Assembly (NCBI GenBank): GCA_033697325.1
Contig: GCA_033697325.1_4854.1
Origin: a phage
Length of the DNA stretch: 46,335 nt
Strand: one strand, 5' to 3'
The position numbers and the translations under genes were made by a program. This document shows, piece by piece, positions 7,268 to 18,789 of the stretch. Below the pieces are notes generated by a model. That model was given only the letters and a program-made list of their open reading frames with translations, did not search any database and was not told the DNA's origin. The stretch's first letter is position 1; the number at the start of each line of letters is the position of its first letter.

Positions 7268-9597
7268 ATCTCAACCTCATCATTTGTTAATTTGTAAATA
7301 ACTGCCTTGTTGGATGTTCTTTTTGCGCTTTCATCAATACAAATAACCCCATCAGATAGTAACTTATCAACGCACCTCTCAACATCTGCGCGCTTATATC
7401 CACCGTCTTTTGCTACCCCTTTAATCATTGCTGTTTTAGTCATTCCACGTTTCACATATTCTTTAACCATGGAGAACAGTCCTTCAACCCTTTCCTCCAT
7501 TGCTTTAGACTTCGCTCCGGAAATACTGTCAGCACGCATCATCAGGTCGCTTGTTGATTTAATTGTTAATGCTACCGCATATCTCAAGTGCTCCATGGTT
7601 ATAACTCCAGTATCGCACGCGAGAATGCCAGCAATCTTTGCCACCTTCACAGCACATCTGTTTATCAATGGATGATAGCCAGTACCGTTTTCTACATGCT
7701 TTCTTGCAACAGTTTTAATCCATGAGAAGAAATCCTTAGCGAGCTGAGAAACTTCAGGCGTAGCTTTTATAATCCGCCTTTCTTTTTGACTGATGATTGA
7801 GTCTGTCCAGTTTTTGTGCCCAGCTGTTCCGCCATTTATTATTGTTTTTATGGTCAGTTGCATATCCATAGGTAGATCACAGTAGTTTACGTTTTCGTTT
7901 TCGTCAGCAATCTCCTGTAACTCCTGCATAATCATTGCGCGACCCATAAGACCTGACTTAATGTTTTCTTCAGTAATAAGGCGCTTAAACTGATCATCAG
8001 TAGACACACCAAAGATTGAAAAAAATGGATTCCTTATAGCTCCATCAATTCTGTTTATCACATCATCAAACTGACACTTAATGTCAACAGGGTCTGCCTG
8101 TATCTCATTTTCCTCAATAGCCATTAACAGCATAGCCTTTCTTTTTTCGAAAGACTTAATGAAATCCTCAGTAACCCGCTGGTCACAATAAAGAACTTCT
8201 GACGTGTAAGCCTCCATGATCGCACCAGCGGTTGCCATGTTGTACTCGCTTACTTTCTGACCAACAACACTCCCAAGTTTTATCCCAATCTCATCCATGA
8301 TGATATTAAACATCTGGTTAGCGCAAAGACCTTCATATATCGCACGTTCTGAACGTATCTTACCGGCAACCGTCTTACTTAATCCTGAGCAATCAATTAT
8401 CTTTTGTAGCGCTGCAAGAACATCACCTTTACCTGAACCAGAGCCAGCGATACCAACAGCAAAAAGGTTTGGCAAAGCCTTCCTGTTTGTAAGGTAAATA
8501 TCAGATGACGCTCCGCAAATCATGGATGCAGCGTGCAATGCAGCAAGTGCTGCAATATTCTCTCGCTTCTCTGCACAGTTCTTATTAATCCACGCCGTAA
8601 GGCGACCAACAAATCCAGGGGGATAACGGACATCAACACTTTTGTACTCTACAGGGCATTCACCAACACCCATAGCCATCTCTCGCTCGAAAGACTCAAG
8701 TTTCTCAATTTCCTCTGGCGTAGCCTCAAAAGTTACTTGCCTTACCCATCCTCCCTCTTGTGCCAGATAAACAAGAGTTCCTGCGGTTATCTTGTCGTCA
8801 ATTCCATCTTTACCAAATGAATGCCATTTTGCATCCATTTCTTCTGGTCGGTATTTGCTAAACTGTGATGACCAGTTGTTCCACAGATCAAAACCATTAC
8901 CGTCAGTTGCTTCATGGATAGCCATCCCCACATTTATCCACGGATTGTACTCATCACCATCCTTGATGTATTTGAGCATGTCCTCCATTTCAGCAATGCT
9001 GTAATTTTTACTATCGAGCGTGAAAACCTCATCTTCAGATCGCTCAGGACGAAGCAGAAGTTCAATAAGTTGATATGGAGCTTCAGTTATCTCAGAAGGA
9101 GAGCCATGCTCGGCTTCATAAAAATTACCTGACTTATGGAAAGATCCGCAACCAATAACGAAACCAGATGATTTAAAGTCAATGCCATTAAATCTTCTGT
9201 CATGAGATCGCAGCTTCATTCCTTCAGGAAGTTTGTAATAGATATGGCGACCACCTCCACCAGTCTTTACCGTAAAACCAGATTCATCAGCAAGTTCAAC
9301 ATCTAACGCATCACACAACGCCTCATATCCATCATCACCACCATTCCTTGGGTCAATATCAACAACAAGGTACCCATTAACAAGAACGCCGAATGACTGT
9401 AACTTGCCATACTTAGCCATGCTTTCAATCTGCTCATCATCCCACTGAACACCAAGCTGCCAGTTACTCATAATCGGATGCTTTCCCGCAGCCTTGCATT
9501 CCGGATCGCCACAAGTACAGTTGCGCCACTCATCCATCGGATGAATGTCGATAATAGGGAAGCCGCATTTGCGATAATCTTCATAACCAATCATCAT
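7264..9597 (-). CDS. DNA primase/polymerase (prim-pol N-terminal domain) with C-terminal P-loop NTPase-like region
   Basis: VDIDPRNGGDDGYEAL and CxxC motifs resemble bifunctional prim-pol; downstream GIAGSGSGKG P-loop. ATG 9597 overlaps the upstream stop. Confidence 0.7.
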   Translation of the reverse strand: MMIGYEDYRKCGFPIIDIHPMDEWRNCTCGDPECKAAGKHPIMSNWQLGVQWDDEQIESMAKYGKLQSFGVLVNGYLVVDIDPRNGGDDGYEALCDALDVELADESGFTVKTGGGGRHIYYKLPEGMKLRSHDRRFNGIDFKSSGFVIGCGSFHKSGNFYEAEHGSPSEITEAPYQLIELLLRPERSEDEVFTLDSKNYSIAEMEDMLKYIKDGDEYNPWINVGMAIHEATDGNGFDLWNNWSSQFSKYRPEEMDAKWHSFGKDGIDDKITAGTLVYLAQEGGWVRQVTFEATPEEIEKLESFEREMAMGVGECPVEYKSVDVRYPPGFVGRLTAWINKNCAEKRENIAALAALHAASMICGASSDIYLTNRKALPNLFAVGIAGSGSGKGDVLAALQKIIDCSGLSKTVAGKIRSERAIYEGLCANQMFNIIMDEIGIKLGSVVGQKVSEYNMATAGAIMEAYTSEVLYCDQRVTEDFIKSFEKRKAMLLMAIEENEIQADPVDIKCQFDDVINRIDGAIRNPFFSIFGVSTDDQFKRLITEENIKSGLMGRAMIMQELQEIADENENVNYCDLPMDMQLTIKTIINGGTAGHKNWTDSIISQKERRIIKATPEVSQLAKDFFSWIKTVARKHVENGTGYHPLINRCAVKVAKIAGILACDTGVITMEHLRYAVALTIKSTSDLMMRADSISGAKSKAMEERVEGLFSMVKEYVKRGMTKTAMIKGVAKDGGYKRADVERCVDKLLSDGVICIDESAKRTSNKAVIYKLTNDEVEI

Positions 9598-9998
9598 TTA
9601 ATTCTCTCCACATAAGCAGTATCGCGCGTAACCGTCTTGCATCTGTACTCCCTTCTTGTGTACACGCCAACAGCGTACAAAGCATTGCGCAATTGCTTAA
9701 CGTCTTTTATCAACGTAAACTCATCAAACACAAAATGCTTCCTGACACCTTTACCCATCTTTCTCACAAACTGGTAAGTTTCTTCCTGTTTAGTTCCAAT
9801 GGGAAAATCACCACAAAAAAAACCCACCGAAGCGTCAATACCATGGGATTCACGATACTTCTCAGCAGCCTTTCTCGTTGTAAACCGTTTCGCATAATCA
9901 ATATCGTCAGTGTATGTATCATCATCAAAACGTAAATACACCGCACACGCAGAACCATCCGCATCAACACCTGGCTTGTCAAGATAATAAAATTTCAT
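9594..9998 (-). CDS. Hypothetical protein
   Basis: ORF of 134 aa with SD ggggtgag before ATG 9998. Confidence 0.5.
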   Translation of the reverse strand: MKFYYLDKPGVDADGSACAVYLRFDDDTYTDDIDYAKRFTTRKAAEKYRESHGIDASVGFFCGDFPIGTKQEETYQFVRKMGKGVRKHFVFDEFTLIKDVKQLRNALYAVGVYTRREYRCKTVTRDTAYVERIK

Positions 9999-10013
9999 AT
10001 CTCACCCCGCTCT

Positions 10014-10232
10014 TCATTTAATCCGTTTCACCCACAAACCATCTTCCTTAACCCGCGTCTTAAACATCCAGCCGCTCTTTACAGCAATCTTGCTAAGGCT
10101 CATTCTGAAACTTGGCAAATCATTAACAACAAACCGATCAAAATGAAAAACCTTCTCTTCACCAACCAACATTTTGCACACAAAATCGTGAACCTCAGCT
10201 ATCGCACTCCCGAATCGGTATTTAATATTCAT
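10014..10232 (-). CDS. Hypothetical protein
   Basis: ORF; ATG 10232 is preceded by SD agggggaaa. Confidence 0.4.
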   Translation of the reverse strand: MNIKYRFGSAIAEVHDFVCKMLVGEEKVFHFDRFVVNDLPSFRMSLSKIAVKSGWMFKTRVKEDGLWVKRIK

Positions 10233-10422
10233 CACTTTCCCCCTCATGGATTTTGAAATTTGATAAAAGTATAAAAAGATACAAGCGAGCAGTCAACACA
10301 TTTCATCGCCACCAATTGGGTTGACGCCATGTGGAAAACAGCGTATAAAAATACCACAGGAAAGAATTTTCCCTTTCACATCAAAATGTTAGACAAATCC
10401 TAAATTTGCTAATTCCATGTTA

Positions 10423-10545
10423 CGGGAAATAGGAACGTCAAGAAAATCAGATATTTAATCTCTATTTCACATTCCTGAGGAAATAGTGGGGTGGTAAAAA
10501 AAATTGAAGAGGGAAAATTATAAACCACCCTCTCGGGAAATAGGA
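10423..10545. repeat. Iteron-like direct repeats (CGGGAAATAGGA x2 plus a GGAAATAG variant) in the control region
   Basis: Exact 12-mer at 10423-10434 and 10534-10545; related copy at 10479-10486. Spacing about 55 bp. AT-rich stretch 10650-10790 follows. Confidence 0.4.
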
Positions 10546-10821
10546 AAACGGGACAAAACTGGAAGTCTTTAAAAATAAAAGGTTTTCCACTTCCAGTAAC
10601 AAAAGTTTCATGGCTAACACAATTCTTTAACAAATAACCAGCTTAATTGCTGGTTTTTGTGTTTCTGTAGCGTAATGTATTGATATCTATAATAAATATA
10701 AAGAAGATCTTAATATACTTTATAGAGGTAATAAACAAAGGTCACTATTAGTAACACATGTAACTATACATGTAAGCTAGCCTTCACTAACATTTAGTCG
10801 TGCTTTTTCTTTCTCTGTGTG

Positions 10822-10850
10822 TTGACGTAGAATCATCGTTGATGTAGATT
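10822..10850 (+). promoter_or_regulatory. Promoter for rightward small-gene operon, carrying two copies of the recurrent motif
   Basis: TTGACG(TAGA), 17-nt spacer, (TGATG)TAGATT. Confidence 0.5.
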
Positions 10851-10880
10851 GGACTCATCGAAACAAGAGAGGGTGAAGAG

Positions 10881-11027
10881 ATGAAAATCAAAGACCGTGA
10901 AGAATTTGAAGATGCACAGGCTATGGCACGCATTGCAGTTGAGCGCATAAACAACAGTATTCCTGCTGAAGCATTCTGGAATGCAGCGATGCAGGCTTTA
11001 ATATCTGCGTATGGGTTAAGCAAATGA
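10881..11027 (+). CDS. Hypothetical small protein (48 aa)
   Basis: ATG with SD gagagggtgaagag; below the 60-aa ORF track cutoff, found by reading. Confidence 0.4.
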   Translation: MKIKDREEFEDAQAMARIAVERINNSIPAEAFWNAAMQALISAYGLSK

Positions 11028-11119
11028 CAGGCGCATCATTCGAACTTATCGCCAGTCTGGTTATCGTGGCATTCATCATCATTGCAGTGGCAGTTTCTAA
11101 ATCAGGATATAAGGAGTAA
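11024..11119 (+). CDS. Hypothetical small membrane protein (31 aa)
   Basis: ATGA overlap with the upstream stop; hydrophobic core LIASLVIVAFIIIAVAV. Confidence 0.3.
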   Translation: MTGASFELIASLVIVAFIIIAVAVSKSGYKE

Positions 11120-11207
11120 CAAAATGAGAAACTGGCATAACGAACACATCATGCAGTGGTATCGCCGTCGCATCAAGGCAATTACTAACTCTTATGAGGT
11201 TTAATAA

Positions 11208-11408
11208 ATGGCAAAGACTATCTATCGTCGCGAGAAGCTGGAACCAGAACTCGGTCACGTTGGCGCGCAAAACTTTATGAGCAGGCAGGTGGAGCGAGCA
11301 GTGAACTCTCAACGATGCTCGAAGGTATGTCGAGTATGGCACAGAGATGGCGATAAACGCGTGCTGGACGAGGTAATCATCTCTGTACAGGCAAACTATC
11401 AGCTTTGA
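11208..11408 (+). CDS. Hypothetical protein
   Basis: ORF of 66 aa in the operon. Confidence 0.35.
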   Translation: MAKTIYRREKLEPELGHVGAQNFMSRQVERAVNSQRCSKVCRVWHRDGDKRVLDEVIISVQANYQL

Positions 11409-11456
11409 TATGTTTTGTTTAAACGTAAACGATTCAGCTATGTTAATGGTGGTGAT

Positions 11457-11874
11457 ATGAGTGAATTGATCATCAAGAACTGTCCGTTTTGTGGTGGTGA
11501 ACAAAAAGTTAAGCTATTGCGTTCATTTTTGGCATAAAGCTCCATACTTCCTCATTCGATGTCAATGCGGTGTGAGAATGACAAATTTTAAGGATTCAGC
11601 AGCGAAAGCTATTGCAGATTGGAACTCTGAGTCGATGGTGTTTGATATGGCAAAAGTAAAAACATACGAGTTCTGGTTTACGATGAACAGAATGTATGCA
11701 AGCAGGACAATCAGGCGAGTCCGATGGTGGAATAAGTGGCTAATCCTGTCAGGCTGCATCGTGCTGGCAAAGTGCAAATTCAAAGCGATTGACATCACCG
11801 ATGAGGATGCACTCATAATCGCAAAGATTGAGTTTGAAGAAGATGGCTATTACGAAGAAATTATGGGGGGTTAG
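11457..11874 (+). pseudogene. Lar-family restriction alleviation protein homolog, apparently frameshifted in a T5 run (11526-11530)
   Basis: Frame 3 gives MSELIIKNCPFCGGEQKVKLLRSFLA then stop. Frame 1 continues ...HKAPYFLIRCQCGVRMTNFKDSAAKAIADWNSE. Removing one T would fuse them into a Lar-like protein (CPFCGG ... C.CG ... AIxxWN). Confidence 0.55.
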
Positions 11875-11877
11875 GGT

Positions 11878-12093
11878 ATGAACAGAGCATCGCCAGTTGA
11901 ATTAAGGCAGTCGCTTGAAATGGCTAATGCTCTTGCATCAGCAGGCATCAGGTTTGTGCCAGTTCCTGTCATTAATGATGCTGGATTTAACAGATTAATG
12001 GATGAAACCAGAAAGATTCTTGATGATATGCTTGCTGAAGTGGAGCATGACACCACCAACCAGCAATTCGAAAGCCTGGCTAAAAGTGAATAG
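11878..12093 (+). CDS. Hypothetical protein
   Basis: ORF of 71 aa; GTGA overlap with the previous ORF. Confidence 0.45.
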   Translation: MNRASPVELRQSLEMANALASAGIRFVPVPVINDAGFNRLMDETRKILDDMLAEVEHDTTNQQFESLAKSE

Positions 12094-12422
12094 CTACCCG
12101 TTCATATTAATTATCAGTGCGCTCTATGTGGCGCACGCTTTAGTGGAGATGTATCTATGACCAGACACCAACGACGCCGATACACAACTGGCGCTAAAAT
12201 TTTCCTTGCTGTTTATGCGCTGGCACTGGTGACGGCTATTGCTGGGGTTGTGCATTATGTTTAACGATATTAGTGACGCAATGCAAAACATGTGGGAACG
12301 CTACTGGGGCAGTATGAAGACATGTCACTACATGATGGTACAGATAGGCAATTACATTGAGGTTGTTCCTGCCAATGGTGTGCATGACATTAAGTGCATG
12401 TGTTCAACGAGGGCTTTCGCAA

Positions 12423-12596
12423 ATGCAAACAACTAAAGCGAAGGTTTGGCAACTGGCAAAGCAGCATGAGTTGGACGATTTCATAGCGAAGGTTGCCAAA
12501 ACATTCCCTGATGCGCTTGAAATCGTTCATGTGCAGACTAGCAATGAAAACGCATGGTGCTATGCTGGCAAGCGTGATAATGATGGTGTACAATAA
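12423..12596 (+). CDS. Hypothetical small protein
   Basis: ORF with internal ATG; start uncertain. Confidence 0.3.
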   Translation: MQTTKAKVWQLAKQHELDDFIAKVAKTFPDALEIVHVQTSNENAWCYAGKRDNDGVQ

Positions 12597-12641
12597 GTGC
12601 ATAACCACTCATTGCCTCACTCATATCATCACACAACCTTT

Positions 12642-12670
12642 AACCCGCCTTGTGCGGGTTCTTTTTTTTG
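12642..12670 (+). terminator. Intrinsic terminator
   Basis: acccgc-cttgt-gcgggt hairpin followed by a T8 run. Confidence 0.65.
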
Positions 12671-12746
12671 CAATTAACGCTATGGTGTAGAATCTGTTAC
12701 AATATCGAATAACGGAAAAAAAGCGGAATATTGATGGGTTTTATCT

Positions 12747-13169
12747 ATGGCTAAAAAGCTATTCAGTAAAGAAAATCAACCACAAAACAAACGCGGGAAG
12801 GATAAGCGTAAGCTGCTTGTTGAGGCTCTTGAGAGAAAGGGTTTTAGTGAGGAAAAGCTCTATGACACCATTGTTGAGATGGCGATGATTGAGCGCGACA
12901 CTGCAATGATGAAGGAGCTTATCGTTCGGTTCAGTCCGTTGCCGAAACCAGTTGCCCCAGTCTTTGAAGTGGACTTTCCTGATGATGGAACTCCGGTACA
13001 GAAGATTGATGCTGTCATTCGCGGTATAGCCGCTGGCGTTATACCTGTGGACATTGGTAAGACATTTGCCGATGTCATCAGGACTGGGCTTGATATTGCT
13101 GAAGTTACAGAACTCGCCGCGCGCCTTGAGCGACTGGAGAAATTACTGGAGCAGCAGAATGGCTCGTAA
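12747..13169 (+). CDS. Terminase small subunit (putative)
   Basis: 140 aa, basic N-terminus, lies directly upstream of and overlaps the large terminase. Confidence 0.55.
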   Translation: MAKKLFSKENQPQNKRGKDKRKLLVEALERKGFSEEKLYDTIVEMAMIERDTAMMKELIVRFSPLPKPVAPVFEVDFPDDGTPVQKIDAVIRGIAAGVIPVDIGKTFADVIRTGLDIAEVTELAARLERLEKLLEQQNGS

Positions 13170-14583
13170 ACGCCTATCCGCACTGGCAATTGAAAAACTG
13201 GAAGCGCAGGTTGATGATGCAATGACAGATGTCGCAGAGTCTGCCATCTTTGGCATCTGCGACATGCAAAAGAACATCATTAAGCGGTTAAGGATGACAG
13301 CTACTGGCGTTGATGACGTGACCAACGCAACCACTCATGCTGACCACCTGATTCCGGCAAAGCTGGAGCGCCTGCTTTATCCCAAACGATTTAAGTTTGT
13401 CTATGGTGGCCGTGGGTCAGGGAAGACAAGAACGATTATCACCATCCTTACCGAGCGAGCAAGGTTTCGACCTGACCGCTTTGCCTGCTTTCGTGAGATT
13501 CAGCAATCCATTGAGGACTCAAGCTATCAGGAGCTTGTTGACGAAATAGCCCGCAAGGGTGAATCGGCAGAGTTTCGCGTTATCAATAATGAGATAACTC
13601 ACAAAAAGACCAAAGCGAAGTTTCGCTTCAAAGGGTTGTATCGCAATCAGACAACCATTAAGGGCTTTGCTGGTATTACCGTCGGCTGGGTAGAGGAGGC
13701 AGAGAACGTCAGTCAGACAAGCTGGGATATTCTTGTTCCCACCATCCGCGCTGCAAATTCCGAGCTGTGGTGTTCATTCAACCCCAACAAGGAAACAGAC
13801 CCAACATGGAAAAACTGGATTTCACCTTATCACTCACAGATGGTTGATGGCATATTCGAAAACGATGAAATTCTGATTATCGAATGTAACTATTCAGACA
13901 ACCCGTGGTTCTGGGACACTCCCCTGCCGTCCGCTATGGAGCAAATGAAGCGAACTGATTACGACCGTTATCGCTGGATTTGGATGGGAGCATTCAACAA
14001 GCGCAGCGACGAGCAGGTCTTTGGCGGTAAGTGGCACATTGATAACTTTGAGGTTAAGTCTGAATGGCATGGGCCATACTTCGGAATGGACTTCGGGTTT
14101 TCCACGGATCCTACCGCAATGGTTGAGGTTTATATCGAAGAATTACCCGGGGGGCGTCGCAACATTTATATTAATCGCGAGTATGGCAAGGTTGGTCTTG
14201 AGATTACCGATACACCAGCTGCGATGGAGCAATCATTCCCGATGGCTAAGCGTGCGCGATGGTATGCTGACTGCGCGCGTCCCGAAACCATAAGCCACAT
14301 CAAGCGTTCTGGCTTTGATATTCACCCGTGCACGAAATGGCCGGGTAGCGTTGAAGATGGCGTTACGTGGCTGCGCGGCTGTGACAGCATTGTCATTCAC
14401 GAACGATGCAAGGAAATGCAGAATGAGGCAGCAATGTACAGCTACAAGGTTGATAAGCTGACGGGGAATGTGCTGACTGATATTGTTGATGCATATAACC
14501 ACTACTGGGATGCGGTTCGCTACGCACTCAATGATCACATCGTCCAGCGCGGTAGCGGGATGCTAATCCGGCGCAGGCGATAA
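13159..14583 (+). CDS. Terminase large subunit
   Basis: Walker A GGRGSGKT and terminase-type ATPase plus nuclease domain architecture. ATG at 13159 in frame with the longer ORF. Confidence 0.85.
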   Translation: MARKRLSALAIEKLEAQVDDAMTDVAESAIFGICDMQKNIIKRLRMTATGVDDVTNATTHADHLIPAKLERLLYPKRFKFVYGGRGSGKTRTIITILTERARFRPDRFACFREIQQSIEDSSYQELVDEIARKGESAEFRVINNEITHKKTKAKFRFKGLYRNQTTIKGFAGITVGWVEEAENVSQTSWDILVPTIRAANSELWCSFNPNKETDPTWKNWISPYHSQMVDGIFENDEILIIECNYSDNPWFWDTPLPSAMEQMKRTDYDRYRWIWMGAFNKRSDEQVFGGKWHIDNFEVKSEWHGPYFGMDFGFSTDPTAMVEVYIEELPGGRRNIYINREYGKVGLEITDTPAAMEQSFPMAKRARWYADCARPETISHIKRSGFDIHPCTKWPGSVEDGVTWLRGCDSIVIHERCKEMQNEAAMYSYKVDKLTGNVLTDIVDAYNHYWDAVRYALNDHIVQRGSGMLIRRRR

Positions 14584-14599
14584 ATCTGCATCACCACAC

Positions 14600-14628
14600 T
14601 TGACCAATCTACACCGGGCGCATAGTAT
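14600..14628 (+). promoter_or_regulatory. Promoter between terminase and portal, driving two small accessory genes
   Basis: TTGACC, 17-nt spacer, TAGTAT; two motif copies at 14607-14615 and 14629-14638. Confidence 0.45.
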
Positions 14629-14658
14629 ATCTACATCAGGATTACCGGAGATATCACT

Positions 14659-14865
14659 ATGCGCAGCTATGCAGGGTTCACGCAGGAGGAAAAAGAGCAG
14701 GTTTATTCACTGGCGCGGGCTGGTGTGCCTGATGAAGTTATTTGTCGTCGGTATGACATCGACGAGGATTTCCTGCTGCGCGTTCTGGATGATGTCTTCG
14801 TTAACCTGCAAGAGAAGCGCGGTTACAAAGGTATCTGCTGTAAGAATGATTTTTTGAGAGGGTGA
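14659..14865 (+). CDS. Hypothetical protein
   Basis: ORF of 68 aa with SD ggag. Confidence 0.45.
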   Translation: MRSYAGFTQEEKEQVYSLARAGVPDEVICRRYDIDEDFLLRVLDDVFVNLQEKRGYKGICCKNDFLRG

Positions 14866-14869
14866 TGTG

Positions 14870-15037
14870 ATGAAAATTGAGGAAACATCTAACTGTCTGG
14901 CGATTAATGTGTTCACGGATTACGACACTATTTGTGTGCAGGATTTCACTGGAGATTATGTCAGGATTGATAAACATCAAGCTGCGCAGCTAATCGAAGT
15001 CCTGCATCACTGGGTTAATGGTGAGGAGATTGAGTGA
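14870..15037 (+). CDS. Hypothetical small protein (55 aa)
   Basis: ATG with SD gagagggtga; found by reading. Confidence 0.35.
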   Translation: MKIEETSNCLAINVFTDYDTICVQDFTGDYVRIDKHQAAQLIEVLHHWVNGEEIE

Positions 15038-15127
15038 TGAGCGTTTATTTTATGTATCAAGTCAGCAGCCACAGCAAGAAAGGAAGCTGAGCTAAGACAT
15101 GACTTTCACAAGAACCACGGCGCTTGA

Positions 15128-16589
<1,462 letters not shown>

Positions 16590-16683
16590 TATAATCATAA
16601 ATGCAGCTAGTCCGGCCAGACGAAAAGGTGAACGTAGACACCCTGCTGCATCCTCAATCTACGAACCTACTACGGGGTTACTC

Positions 16684-17817
16684 ATGGCAAAAAGACTCAC
16701 CACGGAAGAATTCATTTCTCGCGCCAGACAAAAACATGGCGACAAGTACATTTATCATAAATGTGAATACGTCAACGCAAAAACAAAAATCGTCATAACA
16801 TGTAAAGCGCACGGAGACTTCACTACCATTCCAGCATCGCACTTAAGGGGGCATGAGTGTCTTCGGTGCAGCACTGAACGAGCATCAAAGAGTAGGGTTT
16901 TGGACACTGAAAAGTTCATCATGCGTGCAATGGAAGTTCACGGTGATAGATATAGTTATGAAAATACCAACTACATTTCATCTGATGATAAAGTGGAAAT
17001 AATATGCAGCGAGCATGGGTCGTTTTATCAAAGAGCTGCAGGTCACCTATCAGGGAAAGGATGTTCTGCCTGTGCAGTAATAAGCAAGGCTGCGTCAATG
17101 TCGGTTACTGAGGATTATTTCATTGCCAAATCTATTTCGCGCCATGGCTATAAATACGATTATACGCAATCTTTCCCGCTGATAAAAAAGAAGGCAAAAA
17201 TATCATGCCCTACACATGGGGTTTTTATGCAGTCACCACTTGCACACATGCGCGGGCAAGGATGCCCAGAATGCAGCATTGAAAAGTCCAGATCTACTCT
17301 GCATTCATTTATAGAATCCGCCAGAAGGGTCCATGGATCATCATATATTTATGAAAAAGTTAAATATGTAAACTCAATAACAAAGGTTGTTATCACTTGC
17401 AAGATACATGGCGACTTCCTGCAGCAACCAAATAGACACCTATCTGGGAGGGGTTGCCCTGGTTGTGCTAAAACTGGGTTTGACAAGAACAAGGATGGAT
17501 TCGTTTACTTTCTGATGGGGGATGGCGCTGTGAAGGTTGGCATCACAAACAAACCAAAGCAAAGATTGAGTCAGCTTAAGTCTGAAACCCCATTTGAATT
17601 CTCAGTATTTTCAATTGTCAGGATGTCAGGCGTGGAGGCTATTGAACTTGAAAAATACTATCATAAAAAATATGAGAGAATTGGATTCATTGGATTTAAC
17701 GGCTGTACTGAATGGCTGAAATATTCTAAAGAATTAATGGAAGAGATAATCTATGAGACTTCTAAAAATAAACACAAAGATAACCGCTCAGCCGCGCATA
17801 TCGCAGAGCCTGACTGA
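16684..17817 (+). CDS. Homing-endonuclease-like protein: N-terminal repeat modules plus C-terminal T5orf172/MUG113-type (GIY-YIG-related) domain
   Basis: Four repeats of HGDKY.Y...K..I.C..HG.F...P..HL.G.GCP.C, then GFVYFLMGDGAVKVGITNKPKQRLSQL...EWLKY. Inserted between portal and minor head genes. Confidence 0.6.
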   Translation: MAKRLTTEEFISRARQKHGDKYIYHKCEYVNAKTKIVITCKAHGDFTTIPASHLRGHECLRCSTERASKSRVLDTEKFIMRAMEVHGDRYSYENTNYISSDDKVEIICSEHGSFYQRAAGHLSGKGCSACAVISKAASMSVTEDYFIAKSISRHGYKYDYTQSFPLIKKKAKISCPTHGVFMQSPLAHMRGQGCPECSIEKSRSTLHSFIESARRVHGSSYIYEKVKYVNSITKVVITCKIHGDFLQQPNRHLSGRGCPGCAKTGFDKNKDGFVYFLMGDGAVKVGITNKPKQRLSQLKSETPFEFSVFSIVRMSGVEAIELEKYYHKKYERIGFIGFNGCTEWLKYSKELMEEIIYETSKNKHKDNRSAAHIAEPD

Positions 17818-18706
17818 CCCGTTGGGCGCTGCGGCTCGCCTGTCGAAGATGGATAAGGTGATAACGCGCAAATACAAACAACTCAGGACTCGTGCGCTTG
17901 AGTTGTTTCGCACCATTCCGCATAGCCAGGCTAACGCAGAATCAAGCGGTCTGTATTTCTACGATTTCAGCAGTGCGCGGGCTGCTACATTCATGGATGA
18001 GTTGCAGGCGCTGGTTGACGAGATTCTGCTGGAAGGTGATGATTTTGGTCACGGCAGGATGTGGGCCAATGTGTTCATTGGTGATGCGTATCAGGCCGGA
18101 ACGCAGAAAGCTAACTCAGAACTGTCAAGCCTGTCTCCGGTTTATGCTGAGCAGAGGTCGATTGCCGCGATACTATACAGTGAGCCTTACCTGAATGGAC
18201 TCCGGCTGGCTTACACGCAAGGTTACTCAGACTGGCGCGGATTGAGTGATTATTCCCGTCAGCAGCTGGCGTCCGTCATTATGGAGGGCATTGCCCGTGG
18301 TGCTAATCCTCGCGATGTTGAGGCTGATATTGTCAAGCGTGTTGATGTATCTCACAGTTACGCAAAACAGATAGCGCAGACAGAAATCACAGGAACACTT
18401 CGGCAGGCTAACAGACGAGAGGTTATTGAGGCGCGCGAAGAGTTAGGTATTGAGACGGTGATGCTGTGGCAGTCGGCGCTGATGAAATCAACTAGAGCTT
18501 GGCATGCGTCACGGCATGGCAAGTTCTATACACCGGAAGAGATTGACACGTTTTACAGCGAGGGAGCAAACCGCAGGAACTGCCATTGCGCACAAACTCC
18601 GGCATTGTTAATGGATGGTAAGCCAGTAATTCTTGAGTCTTCGCAGGAAAGGCTTGATAAGCAGCGTGAAGCGTGGCAATCGGCAAACAAAAAGCCCTCT
18701 AAGTGA
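17753..18706 (+). CDS. Minor head / head morphogenesis protein (SPP1 gp7-like)
   Basis: Position after portal and overall resemblance to the Mu F / SPP1 gp7 family. Start uncertain (17753 or 17849). Confidence 0.6.
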   Translation: MRLLKINTKITAQPRISQSLTDPLGAAARLSKMDKVITRKYKQLRTRALELFRTIPHSQANAESSGLYFYDFSSARAATFMDELQALVDEILLEGDDFGHGRMWANVFIGDAYQAGTQKANSELSSLSPVYAEQRSIAAILYSEPYLNGLRLAYTQGYSDWRGLSDYSRQQLASVIMEGIARGANPRDVEADIVKRVDVSHSYAKQIAQTEITGTLRQANRREVIEAREELGIETVMLWQSALMKSTRAWHASRHGKFYTPEEIDTFYSEGANRRNCHCAQTPALLMDGKPVILESSQERLDKQREAWQSANKKPSK

Positions 18707-18720
18707 GGGCTTTGCTTTAT
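18692..18720 (+). terminator. Intrinsic terminator overlapping the stop codon
   Basis: aagccctc-taagt-gagggctt hairpin then tgctttat. Confidence 0.55.
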
Positions 18721-18789
18721 CTTATCAGCATACACAGAACAAATATTATTATCGCATAGCACAATATCTCTACGACGCTGAATATTGTT

